This document shows positions 21,845 to 30,272 of a stretch of DNA of 64,000 nucleotides, one piece after another. Below the pieces are notes generated by a model. The model ran no database searches and was not told the origin of the DNA. It worked only from the letters and a program-made list of their open reading frames with translations. Each line of letters begins with the position of its first letter. Positions within the stretch are counted from its first letter, which is position 1. The translations under genes and the position numbers were made by a program. The DNA comes from Clostridia bacterium (GTDB lineage: Bacteria; Bacillota; Clostridia; Christensenellales; UBA1242): contig JAZNYK010000016.1 in assembly GCA_045594425.1 (NCBI GenBank), forward strand, positions 44,173-108,172. Direction: 5' to 3'.

Positions 21845-21876
21845 AAAAAACACTGTCAAAATTGACAGTGTTTTTT
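21845..21876. terminator. Bidirectional rho-independent terminator between convergent cmk and the 21875..22276 ORF
   Basis: AAAAAA-CACTGTCAA-aa-TTGACAGTG-TTTTTT, with U-tracts available on both strands. Confidence 0.85.
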
Positions 21877-22276
21877 ATTCAAAATCTTCTTCGTGCCCTA
21901 TGACGCTATTATTTATAACAAAATCGTCTAGCATAACATAGAATCTAATAAATTCATTTATGGCTACTGCTATATTATAATTTGATGCATAATCTTTATA
22001 AATTTTACCGTTTTTGATTTTTATATCATAGTGATAGTTTTTATCATGCTTTTCAAAAATATTAAAGTAATATTTTTGACTTCCGCCAGCATTTTTTTCT
22101 AAAAACAAATTGGTTGGGCAATAAATAGTGTAGTCCCCATCTTCTTTCAATTTTATTCTAAGTTCCAAAAGACCACCATCTGTCCATGTAACAAGTGGTA
22201 TATTTAACTTTATTATATTGTTTTTTAATTGTTTTGCACAAAACTCTGTGCTTAACCTTTTAAATATTTCTTGCAT
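21875..22276 (-). CDS. Hypothetical protein (133 aa, soluble, K/N/Y-rich)
   Basis: ORF with AAGGTGG SD (ggtggttaagttATG). No motif recognised. Confidence 0.6.
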   Translation of the reverse strand: MQEIFKRLSTEFCAKQLKNNIIKLNIPLVTWTDGGLLELRIKLKEDGDYTIYCPTNLFLEKNAGGSQKYYFNIFEKHDKNYHYDIKIKNGKIYKDYASNYNIAVAINEFIRFYVMLDDFVINNSVIGHEEDFE

Positions 22277-22297
22277 AACTTAACCACCTTTTTCGCA

Positions 22298-22897
22298 CTA
22301 TCTATTTTTCTTCAAACTTTCAGGTGCTTCTTGTTGTTGAATTTTTAACGCAAATTCACACCCACAATAGTTTTGGCGATAAAGCCCATTTTCTTTTGCA
22401 AGTTCAACTGAACGAAGATAACCATTTTGCTTTTTAAAATTCGCTTCTAAATATTTAACACCATGTTTTTCTTCTAACGCCTTTCCAATTTGGTTTAGAA
22501 GTTCTGCATTTTTATGAGGGCTAACAGAAAGGGTTGTTCCAAAAACATCAAAACCATTTTCTTTTGCAAGGATTGCCGTTTTTTCAAGCCTAACCTTAAA
22601 ACAAACAGTGCACCTAGCCCCACCTTCTCGCTCATTTTCGAGACCCTTTACCGTGTTATAAAAAGTTATGTTATCATAATCACAATCCAGCATTGAAACA
22701 TTTATCTCTGGGTGTGACATATTTAAAATTTTGATATACTTCACTTCTTCTGCTTTGCGTTTGAAATATTCCTCTTCTGGATAAATATTTGGGTTGTAAT
22801 ACAAGATTGTAATGTCATATTCTTCTGATAATTTTTCAATCACCGCTGTGGAACATGGTGCACAGCAAGAATGTAATAATATCTTTATTTTCGCCAC
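22298..22897 (-). CDS. queH: Epoxyqueuosine reductase QueH (DUF208)
   Basis: LLHSCCAPCS N-terminus plus the later Cys motifs CTVCF and YCGCEF, characteristic of QueH. Confidence 0.88.
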   Translation of the reverse strand: MAKIKILLHSCCAPCSTAVIEKLSEEYDITILYYNPNIYPEEEYFKRKAEEVKYIKILNMSHPEINVSMLDCDYDNITFYNTVKGLENEREGGARCTVCFKVRLEKTAILAKENGFDVFGTTLSVSPHKNAELLNQIGKALEEKHGVKYLEANFKKQNGYLRSVELAKENGLYRQNYCGCEFALKIQQQEAPESLKKNR

Positions 22898-22904
22898 TAT
22901 TCAC

Positions 22905-24689
22905 CTACATTTTATCAGGAATTTCAAATGCCAAAACATGGGCGCCTTGCTTTATTGCTCTCAAAACAAAGTAGCAAAGTGCAAGATATGAATTTTTCTT
23001 AATTTCATCTTGTTCACTTAAAATTCTAGTATCATTATAGAATTTTGAGAAACTTGATGCAAAATCATAAAGTGCAGAGCAAAGTGAATTTAATGAACTA
23101 TCTTTATAACAACTGAAATAACTATCTTGAAGTTTCAAGAAATTAATTGCAATTGTTCTTTGATTTTCATCTGAAATATTAATAAGATTAAGGTTTGAAA
23201 GCCAATCAAGTTTTTCTGCCATGCCAGCCTTTCTTAAAAGTGAATTAATTCTTGCGCCAGTGTATTGAATATATGGACCAGTCTTTCCTTCAAATGAAGC
23301 AAACTTATCAATATCAAAAACATAGTCTTTGCTAACAATATTTGAAAGGTCACCAAATTTCATTGCTGCAACACCAATTTTTAAAGCAAGTTCTTCATCA
23401 TCAACAATACCATTTTCTTTAAGTTTTTTTCTAGCACCATCAGTGATTAAGTTGATGATATCTTCAAGTTTAATTGTGTCACCTGACCTTGTTTTAAACG
23501 GCTTGCCATCTGCTCCATTAATTGTTCCAAAACCAACAAATTCAAATTCTTGATTTGGAATTGAAATGCCAGCCATGTCCACTGCTCTAAAACATCTTTC
23601 AAAGTGACTGCCTTGACGCTTGTCTACCACATACATAATTTTGTTTGGGGCAAAATCTTTGTTTCTTTGATAAATTGTAGCAATATCGGTTGTATCATAA
23701 ACATCTGCACCATTGCTCTTTTTCAAATAAACTGGAGGCATTGGATTTTTGTAAAGTTGTGGGTCATTTTCATTTTTCTTTTCAATTGGAATGTTTTCAC
23801 CTTCACGAGCAACATCTACAACAAGAGCACCTTCATGAACTCTTGTTAAACCTTTATCAACAAACATTTTTACAACAGTTTCAACATATTCTGCGGCAGT
23901 GCTTTCACCATACCATAAATCAAAGAAACAATTAAGGTTTTCATAGTTAGCCTTGATTCTAGTTACACTAATGTTTCTAATATGTTCATAAATCGACCAA
24001 TATGGTTCTTTTTTATCTTGAATATATTTTGTGTATGTTTCGGCCTTTTTTCTAAATTCTTCATCTTCATTCTTTCTTTTTGACGCACTTGGATACACTT
24101 CATTCAAAGTATCCAAAGTAATTTCTTTATTCTGTTTTGAAGAATCAAAATAACCATCAATATATCCACCATCTTGAAGACCAGCAATAGTCAATCCCAT
24201 TTGAAGACCCCAGTCACCAAGGTGTGTGTCTGTTATAACCTCATTGCCCAAAATTTTATAAAGACGTGCCAAACTTTCACCAACAACTGGCGAACGCAAA
24301 TGACCAATATGAAGTTCTTTTGCAACGTTTGCTCCACCATAGTCCATAACAACTTTAATAGGCTCATCAACGGTATCAAGACAAAGTCTATCACTTGAAA
24401 GTGCTTCATTTAAGCAAAGCGACAAAACTTCGTCTTTAATTTTAAAGTTGATAAAACCAGGCTTTGAAAAAGCCACATCTGCAACATCTTGTTTTAGGTT
24501 TGAAATAATTGATGTTGCAACAACTTCAGGACTTGTGTGAACTTTTTTTGCAATAGCAAAAGCAGAGTTACATTGAAAATCTGCCTCACCTGCTCTGTTT
24601 GAAAAAGTTAATGTCAAATCTGCAAGTTCATAATTTAAATGCAAAAAACTTTCCTCTAACGCCTTATATAAAATATTTTTAATGTTCAT
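22905..24689 (-). CDS. argS: Arginine--tRNA ligase
   Basis: Class I HIGH motif (ELHIGHLRS), a DALR-type anticodon-binding C-terminus, and length about 594 aa. ATG 24689 (MNIKNILY) is preferred over the TTG at 24701. Confidence 0.92.
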   Translation of the reverse strand: MNIKNILYKALEESFLHLNYELADLTLTFSNRAGEADFQCNSAFAIAKKVHTSPEVVATSIISNLKQDVADVAFSKPGFINFKIKDEVLSLCLNEALSSDRLCLDTVDEPIKVVMDYGGANVAKELHIGHLRSPVVGESLARLYKILGNEVITDTHLGDWGLQMGLTIAGLQDGGYIDGYFDSSKQNKEITLDTLNEVYPSASKRKNEDEEFRKKAETYTKYIQDKKEPYWSIYEHIRNISVTRIKANYENLNCFFDLWYGESTAAEYVETVVKMFVDKGLTRVHEGALVVDVAREGENIPIEKKNENDPQLYKNPMPPVYLKKSNGADVYDTTDIATIYQRNKDFAPNKIMYVVDKRQGSHFERCFRAVDMAGISIPNQEFEFVGFGTINGADGKPFKTRSGDTIKLEDIINLITDGARKKLKENGIVDDEELALKIGVAAMKFGDLSNIVSKDYVFDIDKFASFEGKTGPYIQYTGARINSLLRKAGMAEKLDWLSNLNLINISDENQRTIAINFLKLQDSYFSCYKDSSLNSLCSALYDFASSFSKFYNDTRILSEQDEIKKNSYLALCYFVLRAIKQGAHVLAFEIPDKM

Positions 24690-24713
24690 ATATTCCCCCA
24701 AAACTTCTTTTGA

Positions 24714-26813
24714 TTAATCTTTTAACATAATTCTTAAACTATTTAAAACTGCAAGCAAACTTACACCAACATCGGCAAAAATTGCTAGCCACATTCCAGA
24801 AACCCCAAACGCAATTAAGCCCAAAATTGCAACTTTGATTGCAATTGAACCAACAATGTTTTGCATTACTATACGTCTGGTTTTTTTGGCTTTTTTGATT
24901 GCTTTTGCAACCTTGCTTGGTTCATCTGTCATGATAACAACGTCAGATGCTTCAACAGCAATATCACTGCCAAGCCCACCCATTGAAATGCCAACATTTG
25001 AATTTGCTAATGATGGTGCATCATTAATTCCGTCACCAACAAAGGCAACTGTTTTTCCTTCTTGCACCTTATCTGTTATTATAAGCACTTTATCCGCAGG
25101 AAGCAAGCCAGAATAAGAATTTGTTATACCAATTTTTGCAGAAATTGCATTTGCAACATTTTCTTCATCACCTGTGCAAAGTGAAATATCATTAATTCCA
25201 ATTGCTTTAAGGTCTTCAACTGCTTGTTTTGCATCCGCCTTTAATGTGTCTGACACAACAACATATCCAGCAAATTCTCCCGCAATTGCAACATATAAAA
25301 TTGTGCCAGCCTTGTTGTTAACTTCAACAAAAGACACCTCATGTTCTTTTAAAAGTTTCGCATTTCCAACAAGCACATCTTGCATGAAAATGTTTGCTTT
25401 TATGCCCATGCCAACCCATTCTTCATAGCCATCAATCCAAGCATTGTTGATTTCTTTCCCGTGAAAAATTTCTTTGTATGCTTTTAAAATTGACTTTGCT
25501 ATTTTGTGATTAGAAAAATTTTCGGCATAAGCACATATTTCAATCAATTCATCATTAGAGTGCCCAGAAACTGCATAAATTTCACTAACTTCAAACTTGC
25601 CTTCAGTTAATGTGCCTGTTTTATCAAAAACAACGACATCGGTTTTTGCAAGGGTTTCAAGATAGTTTGCTCCCTTTATCATTATGCCAGATTTTGCACA
25701 CGCACCAATCCCTGCAAAATATGATAAAGGAACTGATATAACAAGTGCACATGGACAAGACACAACCAAAAAGCAAAGTGCTCTATATGCATATGTTGAA
25801 AAGTTTGAAAATCCGCTAAATATTGGTGGCACAAACATCAAAATAAATGCAAGACAAATAACTGTTGGTGTGTATACTTTTGAAAATTTCGAAATAAACT
25901 TTTCGGATGGCGCTTTTGTTTCTGAAGCATTTTGCACCATATCTATAATTTTTGAAACAGTGCTATCTTTTTCAAGTTTTAACACTTTTACAAGCAACGG
26001 ACTTGAAACATTGATTGCACCAGATAAAACTTCATCACCTGCAACCACAATCTTTTCTTTTGATTCACCAGTAAGTGCAGACATATCCAAATAAGATGTT
26101 CCCTCAATAATCACCGAATCTAAAGGAACTCTTTCACCTGGTTTGATTCTAATTAAGTTTCCAACAAGCACATCTGAAAGTGCAACCTGCGAATCTGTGT
26201 CGCCTTCAACCAAGTTTGCATAAGGTTGCTTGATTTCAAGCACTGACTTTATTGTTTTTCTTGACCTGTTTACAGCAAGGTTTTCTAATATTTCACCAAT
26301 ACCATAAAGAAGCATAACTGAAATTGCTTCAACATACTCACCAATAACAAACGCACCAATTGACGCAATTGCCATCAAAAAACTTTCGTCAAAAAGTTTT
26401 CCATGAATGGTGTTAAAAAATGCATTAATCAAAACATCATAGGATGCAAGCAAATAAATAAGTGTAAATATTGTTATTTTCAGCCATGTTACTGGATTGA
26501 AAATGTTAGCAACAAGAAAAACAGCCACAACAATAAACCTTGAAATGTTAATCATGCGATTTCTTTTTTCTTTAAGTTCGCTGTCTTTTTCATCTTTGTA
26601 ATCCAAAATTTCAATCATATGGTCAAATTTTGTGATTGCAATTTTTACTTCAGTCAAGGTTTCTGATGGGTTTTCCGTGCTAATTTCAAGTTCTAGCACT
26701 TTTGTTACATAACTAATTTTTGCCTGCACGCCTTCAAACGTGTTTAAATGGTCTTCAAGTGCCATCGCACACGCTGCACAGTGCATTTTTAATAATCTGA
26801 ATTTGTATTGCAT
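24714..26813 (-). CDS. Heavy-metal-translocating P1B-type ATPase (Cd/Zn/Co-type CPC)
   Basis: N-terminal HMA domain with MHCAACA, TM CPC motif (VSCPCALV), DKTGTLT phosphorylation site, GDGINDAP hinge. ATG at 26813; the track start at 26819 is TTG. Confidence 0.92.
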   Translation of the reverse strand: MQYKFRLLKMHCAACAMALEDHLNTFEGVQAKISYVTKVLELEISTENPSETLTEVKIAITKFDHMIEILDYKDEKDSELKEKRNRMINISRFIVVAVFLVANIFNPVTWLKITIFTLIYLLASYDVLINAFFNTIHGKLFDESFLMAIASIGAFVIGEYVEAISVMLLYGIGEILENLAVNRSRKTIKSVLEIKQPYANLVEGDTDSQVALSDVLVGNLIRIKPGERVPLDSVIIEGTSYLDMSALTGESKEKIVVAGDEVLSGAINVSSPLLVKVLKLEKDSTVSKIIDMVQNASETKAPSEKFISKFSKVYTPTVICLAFILMFVPPIFSGFSNFSTYAYRALCFLVVSCPCALVISVPLSYFAGIGACAKSGIMIKGANYLETLAKTDVVVFDKTGTLTEGKFEVSEIYAVSGHSNDELIEICAYAENFSNHKIAKSILKAYKEIFHGKEINNAWIDGYEEWVGMGIKANIFMQDVLVGNAKLLKEHEVSFVEVNNKAGTILYVAIAGEFAGYVVVSDTLKADAKQAVEDLKAIGINDISLCTGDEENVANAISAKIGITNSYSGLLPADKVLIITDKVQEGKTVAFVGDGINDAPSLANSNVGISMGGLGSDIAVEASDVVIMTDEPSKVAKAIKKAKKTRRIVMQNIVGSIAIKVAILGLIAFGVSGMWLAIFADVGVSLLAVLNSLRIMLKD

Positions 26814-26822
26814 AAACAACCT

Positions 26823-27281
26823 TTACTTATGATAAGGCAATCCATTGAGTATAGTAAATGCCCTATAAATTTGTTCAGAAAGAACCACTCTGAAAAGTTG
26901 ATGTGGATATGTTATGTTTCCGAAAGACAAAATCAAATCAGCACGTTTAAGAACTGCTTGTGAAAGCCCATTTGAGCCTCCAATAACAAAAGTCATTTCA
27001 CTGTTACCCGAAACCTCTTTCTTTTTGATAAACTCGGCAATTTCTGGGCTTGAAAGCATTTTTCCTTTACCATCCAAACAAACAACCACGCCTGTGCATT
27101 TTGCAAGCAATAAATTACCTTCTGCCTCTGACTTTTTTTCAAGGTTATCGATTTTCGATGCTTCATCAACTTCAATAATATTAAAGTTGCAAAACCTTGA
27201 TAGTCGTTTTTGATACTCTGCAATAGCATCAGTAAAAAACTTTTCTTTTATCTTTCCAACACAAACGATATTTACTTTCAT
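26823..27281 (-). CDS. rlmH: 23S rRNA (pseudouridine1915-N3)-methyltransferase RlmH
   Basis: 152 aa, MKVNIVCVGKIKEKFFTDAIAEYQKRL...FVIGGSNGLS...ITYPHQLFRVVLSEQIYRA, typical SPOUT RlmH. No SD visible upstream. Confidence 0.92.
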   Translation of the reverse strand: MKVNIVCVGKIKEKFFTDAIAEYQKRLSRFCNFNIIEVDEASKIDNLEKKSEAEGNLLLAKCTGVVVCLDGKGKMLSSPEIAEFIKKKEVSGNSEMTFVIGGSNGLSQAVLKRADLILSFGNITYPHQLFRVVLSEQIYRAFTILNGLPYHK

Positions 27282-27348
27282 AATTATAATTTAGCACAAT
27301 CACCACAAAAAAATCAATAAAACATCACATAATCACTGATTTTATCGC

Positions 27349-27380
27349 AAAAATAAAAACACACAATATGTGTGTTTTTT
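27349..27380 (-). terminator. Rho-independent terminator after the 27463..28065 gene
   Basis: AAAAACACAC-aatat-GTGTGTTTTT helix, followed on the minus strand by ATTTTT. Confidence 0.6.
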
Positions 27381-27462
27381 TGTTATCAAAGTGTTTTCAG
27401 TTGTTTTTATGAAACAAAAAACAACCATTGCCACAAGCAATGAAACACAAGTGTTTCATCTA

Positions 27463-28065
27463 CTATACTTCCAAAGAAAGAACTTCTTTTAGCATATAAC
27501 TTACAGCAAGGTTGTGTTTGTCTGTAACTTTAAATTCTTCAGTATCTGTTATGATGTATGTTAAAGTGAAATTAAAGTCTTGAGTTTGATTTGCACCAAG
27601 TTGAACACTTTTTTCAGCGTCGGTGCATTCAAATGTGTAAAACAACGCATTGTTTTCAATTTCATAATTACTTGAAAAGGCATTCGCAAGAATGTTTTTT
27701 TGTTCATTTGAGTTATTTGTTACAAACACTCTAAAATTGATTTCAAATGTTGTTGTTTCCCCACAAATTTCTTTCGATTTTGTTACCGCCCTATCATAAA
27801 CAAAAAAGTCTAATTCATTTTTAACAGGTTTTGCAGTTTCACTTTCTCCAGTATCTGGTTGAACTGATGAATTAACATCATCTTTATTTTCTTCAGAAGA
27901 TTCATCTTTGTTGTCTTCATAATTTTTATTCACCACAGTCGTTGGTGCCATTGATGACGTTTCATTAATTTTAATGCTTGGGATAATCACACCAAAACAT
28001 ACCGATAAAAACACAGCAATAACTATTATAAATGCCGATAATATTAAGGTTTTTTTATTTTTCAT
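27463..28065 (-). CDS. Hypothetical membrane-anchored protein (N-terminal TM, acidic linker, beta-rich ectodomain)
   Basis: MKNKKTLILSAFIIVIAVFLSVCFGVII anchor; D/E/S-rich linker (EDNKDESSEENKDDVNSS). No recognisable catalytic motif. Own promoter-like TTGACT-17-TAAACT and terminator. Confidence 0.65.
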   Translation of the reverse strand: MKNKKTLILSAFIIVIAVFLSVCFGVIIPSIKINETSSMAPTTVVNKNYEDNKDESSEENKDDVNSSVQPDTGESETAKPVKNELDFFVYDRAVTKSKEICGETTTFEINFRVFVTNNSNEQKNILANAFSSNYEIENNALFYTFECTDAEKSVQLGANQTQDFNFTLTYIITDTEEFKVTDKHNLAVSYMLKEVLSLEV

Positions 28066-28210
28066 TTTTAGTCATTTCCTCTTTTGCACAAAAATACCTC
28101 GATAGTTTATCACAACACTTTTTTATAGTCAAAAAGAAAATTCAAATTTTTTATTTTTTTACACCTAGTGTCAAAACAACGTTTTGTCAACTGAAATTTG
28201 AAACATTTTT

Positions 28211-28241
28211 AAAAAAAATAAAAGCGGAAATTTTCCGCTTT
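28211..28241 (-). terminator. Rho-independent terminator of htpG
   Basis: Minus strand AAAGCGGAAA-a-TTTCCGCTTT followed by TATTTTTTTT. Confidence 0.85.
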
Positions 28242-28261
28242 TATGCTTGATTTTTTACATT

Positions 28262-30139
28262 TTATTTAGCCAAAAACTTTGTAATTAATGCAACAAATTT
28301 TGCTGTATCTTCAATTGGCAAACCTTCAATAAGTTTAGATTCATCCAAAAGAACACGTGCAACTTCTTTAAGTTCTTCTTTATCTGTTTCATAAAGTGAT
28401 TTAATTTTTGCATAAACTGGATGTTCTGCATTAATTTCAAGAACTTTTTTCGCTCTTACATTAGGATTATTTGCATCGTTGGTTGGCATATTTCTGAAAA
28501 CTTTTTCCATTTCAAGTGAAACCTCACCTTCAGCCATTAAACAAACTGGATGTTCGCCTAATTTCTTTGAAAGTTTAACATCAAAAACCTCACCTTCAAG
28601 TGATTCTTTAATAAATTCTAAAATAGGCTTATCTTCTTCAGAAACAACTTCTTGTGAATTTTCGATACCAGTGTCACCATCAGCAACGTTTTTGAATTGT
28701 TTTTGGTCATAAGCACCAAGATATTTGATTGCAAATTCATCAACGTTATCTGTCATACACAAAACATCATAACCACTTTTTAATATCTTTTCAACTTGAG
28801 GCATTTTTTTGATAGAAATAATAGAATTTCCTGCACTGTAATAAATGTATTTTTGACCTTCGGTCATTGCTTGAACATATTCTTTAAATGTTACAAACTT
28901 GTCTTGTTTTGCAGAATAGAACATAACAAGGTCTTGAAGTTTATCTTTATCCATACCCCAGTTGTTATAGATTCCAACTTTTAATTGCAAGCCAAAGTTT
29001 TTATAGAACTCTTCATAACGAGGTCTGTCATTTTCAAGCATATTTGAAAGTTCTTTTCTGATTTGTTTTTCGATGTTTGATGCAATTTTTTGCAACATTC
29101 TGTCTTGTTGAACTGTTTCACGAGAAATGTTTAAAGATAATTCACAATCAACCAAACCTTGAACAAATCCAAAATATTCTGGAATAAGGTCTTTGCTTTT
29201 ATCCATAATCAAAACGCCGTTTGAATAAAGTTTTAAACCTCTTTCAAAGTATTTTGAGAAGAATGCTTCTGGGCATTTTTTAGGAATATATAAAAGCGCC
29301 TTATATTCAATCAAACCTTCTGCATTAATATGCATATGCATAAATGGGTCTTGATAATCATAAAACATATCTTTATAGAATTTATTGTAATCTTCTTCAG
29401 AAAGGTCAGACTTTGATTTTTTCCACATAGGAATCATTGAGTTAATGACTTCCCACTCTGTTTTTGTTGTTATCTTCTTATCTTCACCTTCTGAAGTTTC
29501 ATCAGCAACAGGAACTTCTGTTTCAAGTTTGATTGGATAGTGAATATAATCTGAATATCTTTTAATAAGTTCGCGAAGTTTGTAATATTCCATAAATTCA
29601 GAATATTTTTCATCATCTGTGTCTGGTTTGATATGAATGATAATATCGGTTCCATGAGTTTCTTTTTCGGCTTTTAAAACTTCATAACCATCAGTTCCAC
29701 TGCTTGCCCAAACATTTGCTTCACTTTCGCCGTAGGCTTTTGAAACAACTTCAACTTTTTCACCAATCATGAAAACAGAATAAAAACCAACACCAAATTG
29801 ACCAATAATATCAATATCTTCTTTCTTTTCATTTTCTTTTTTGAAAGCAAGAGAACCACTTTTTGCAATAGTTCCGAGGTTGTTTTCAAGTTCTTCTGCT
29901 GTCATGCCAATTCCGTTATCAGAAATTGTGAGAGTTCTCTTTTCTTTATCCGCTTTGATTTTAATATCAAAATCGCCACGATTCAAACCAATGTTTTCAG
30001 ACAAACTTTTGTAATAAAGTTTATCCATAGCGTCCGAACAGTTTGAAATAAGTTCACGCAAAAAGATTTCTTTGTGTGTATAAATTGAATTTATCATTAA
30101 ATCTAAAATTCTTTTTGATTCCGTTTTAAAATTTTTCAT
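28262..30139 (-). CDS. htpG: Molecular chaperone HtpG (Hsp90)
   Basis: 625 aa. N-terminal GHKL ATPase motifs (IFLRELISNCSDAMDK, DNGIGMT, GQFGVGFYS). Confidence 0.95.
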   Translation of the reverse strand: MKNFKTESKRILDLMINSIYTHKEIFLRELISNCSDAMDKLYYKSLSENIGLNRGDFDIKIKADKEKRTLTISDNGIGMTAEELENNLGTIAKSGSLAFKKENEKKEDIDIIGQFGVGFYSVFMIGEKVEVVSKAYGESEANVWASSGTDGYEVLKAEKETHGTDIIIHIKPDTDDEKYSEFMEYYKLRELIKRYSDYIHYPIKLETEVPVADETSEGEDKKITTKTEWEVINSMIPMWKKSKSDLSEEDYNKFYKDMFYDYQDPFMHMHINAEGLIEYKALLYIPKKCPEAFFSKYFERGLKLYSNGVLIMDKSKDLIPEYFGFVQGLVDCELSLNISRETVQQDRMLQKIASNIEKQIRKELSNMLENDRPRYEEFYKNFGLQLKVGIYNNWGMDKDKLQDLVMFYSAKQDKFVTFKEYVQAMTEGQKYIYYSAGNSIISIKKMPQVEKILKSGYDVLCMTDNVDEFAIKYLGAYDQKQFKNVADGDTGIENSQEVVSEEDKPILEFIKESLEGEVFDVKLSKKLGEHPVCLMAEGEVSLEMEKVFRNMPTNDANNPNVRAKKVLEINAEHPVYAKIKSLYETDKEELKEVARVLLDESKLIEGLPIEDTAKFVALITKFLAK

Positions 30140-30173
30140 TGTCTCTCCTATATTGCAAGTTTTAATAAAATTT

Positions 30174-30200
30174 TTAGCACTCTAAACTTGCAACTGCTAA
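30174..30200 (-). promoter_or_regulatory. CIRCE-like inverted repeat (putative HrcA operator) upstream of htpG
   Basis: Minus strand TTAGCAGTT-N9-GAGTGCTAA versus the CIRCE consensus TTAGCACTC-N9-GAGTGCTAA. One half is perfect and the other matches 7/9. Lies 35-61 nt upstream of the htpG ATG and abuts the -10 hexamer. Confidence 0.5.
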
Positions 30201-30201
30201 C

Positions 30202-30230
30202 AATATAATACCAAAAAAAAATATTGTCAA
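30202..30230 (-). promoter_or_regulatory. Sigma-A-type promoter for htpG (TTGACA-17-TATATT)
   Basis: Minus strand cagTTGACAatatttttttttggtatTATATTg. The -35 hexamer lies in the 3' arm of the upstream gene's terminator. Confidence 0.55.
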
Positions 30231-30248
30231 CTGTGTAGTGACAATATT
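30213..30248 (-). terminator. Rho-independent terminator of the M16 peptidase gene
   Basis: Minus strand AATATTGTCA-ctacacagt-TGACAATATT followed by TTTTTTTT. Confidence 0.8.
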
Positions 30249-30272
30249 TTGCACAATAAAGATTTGTTTTGT

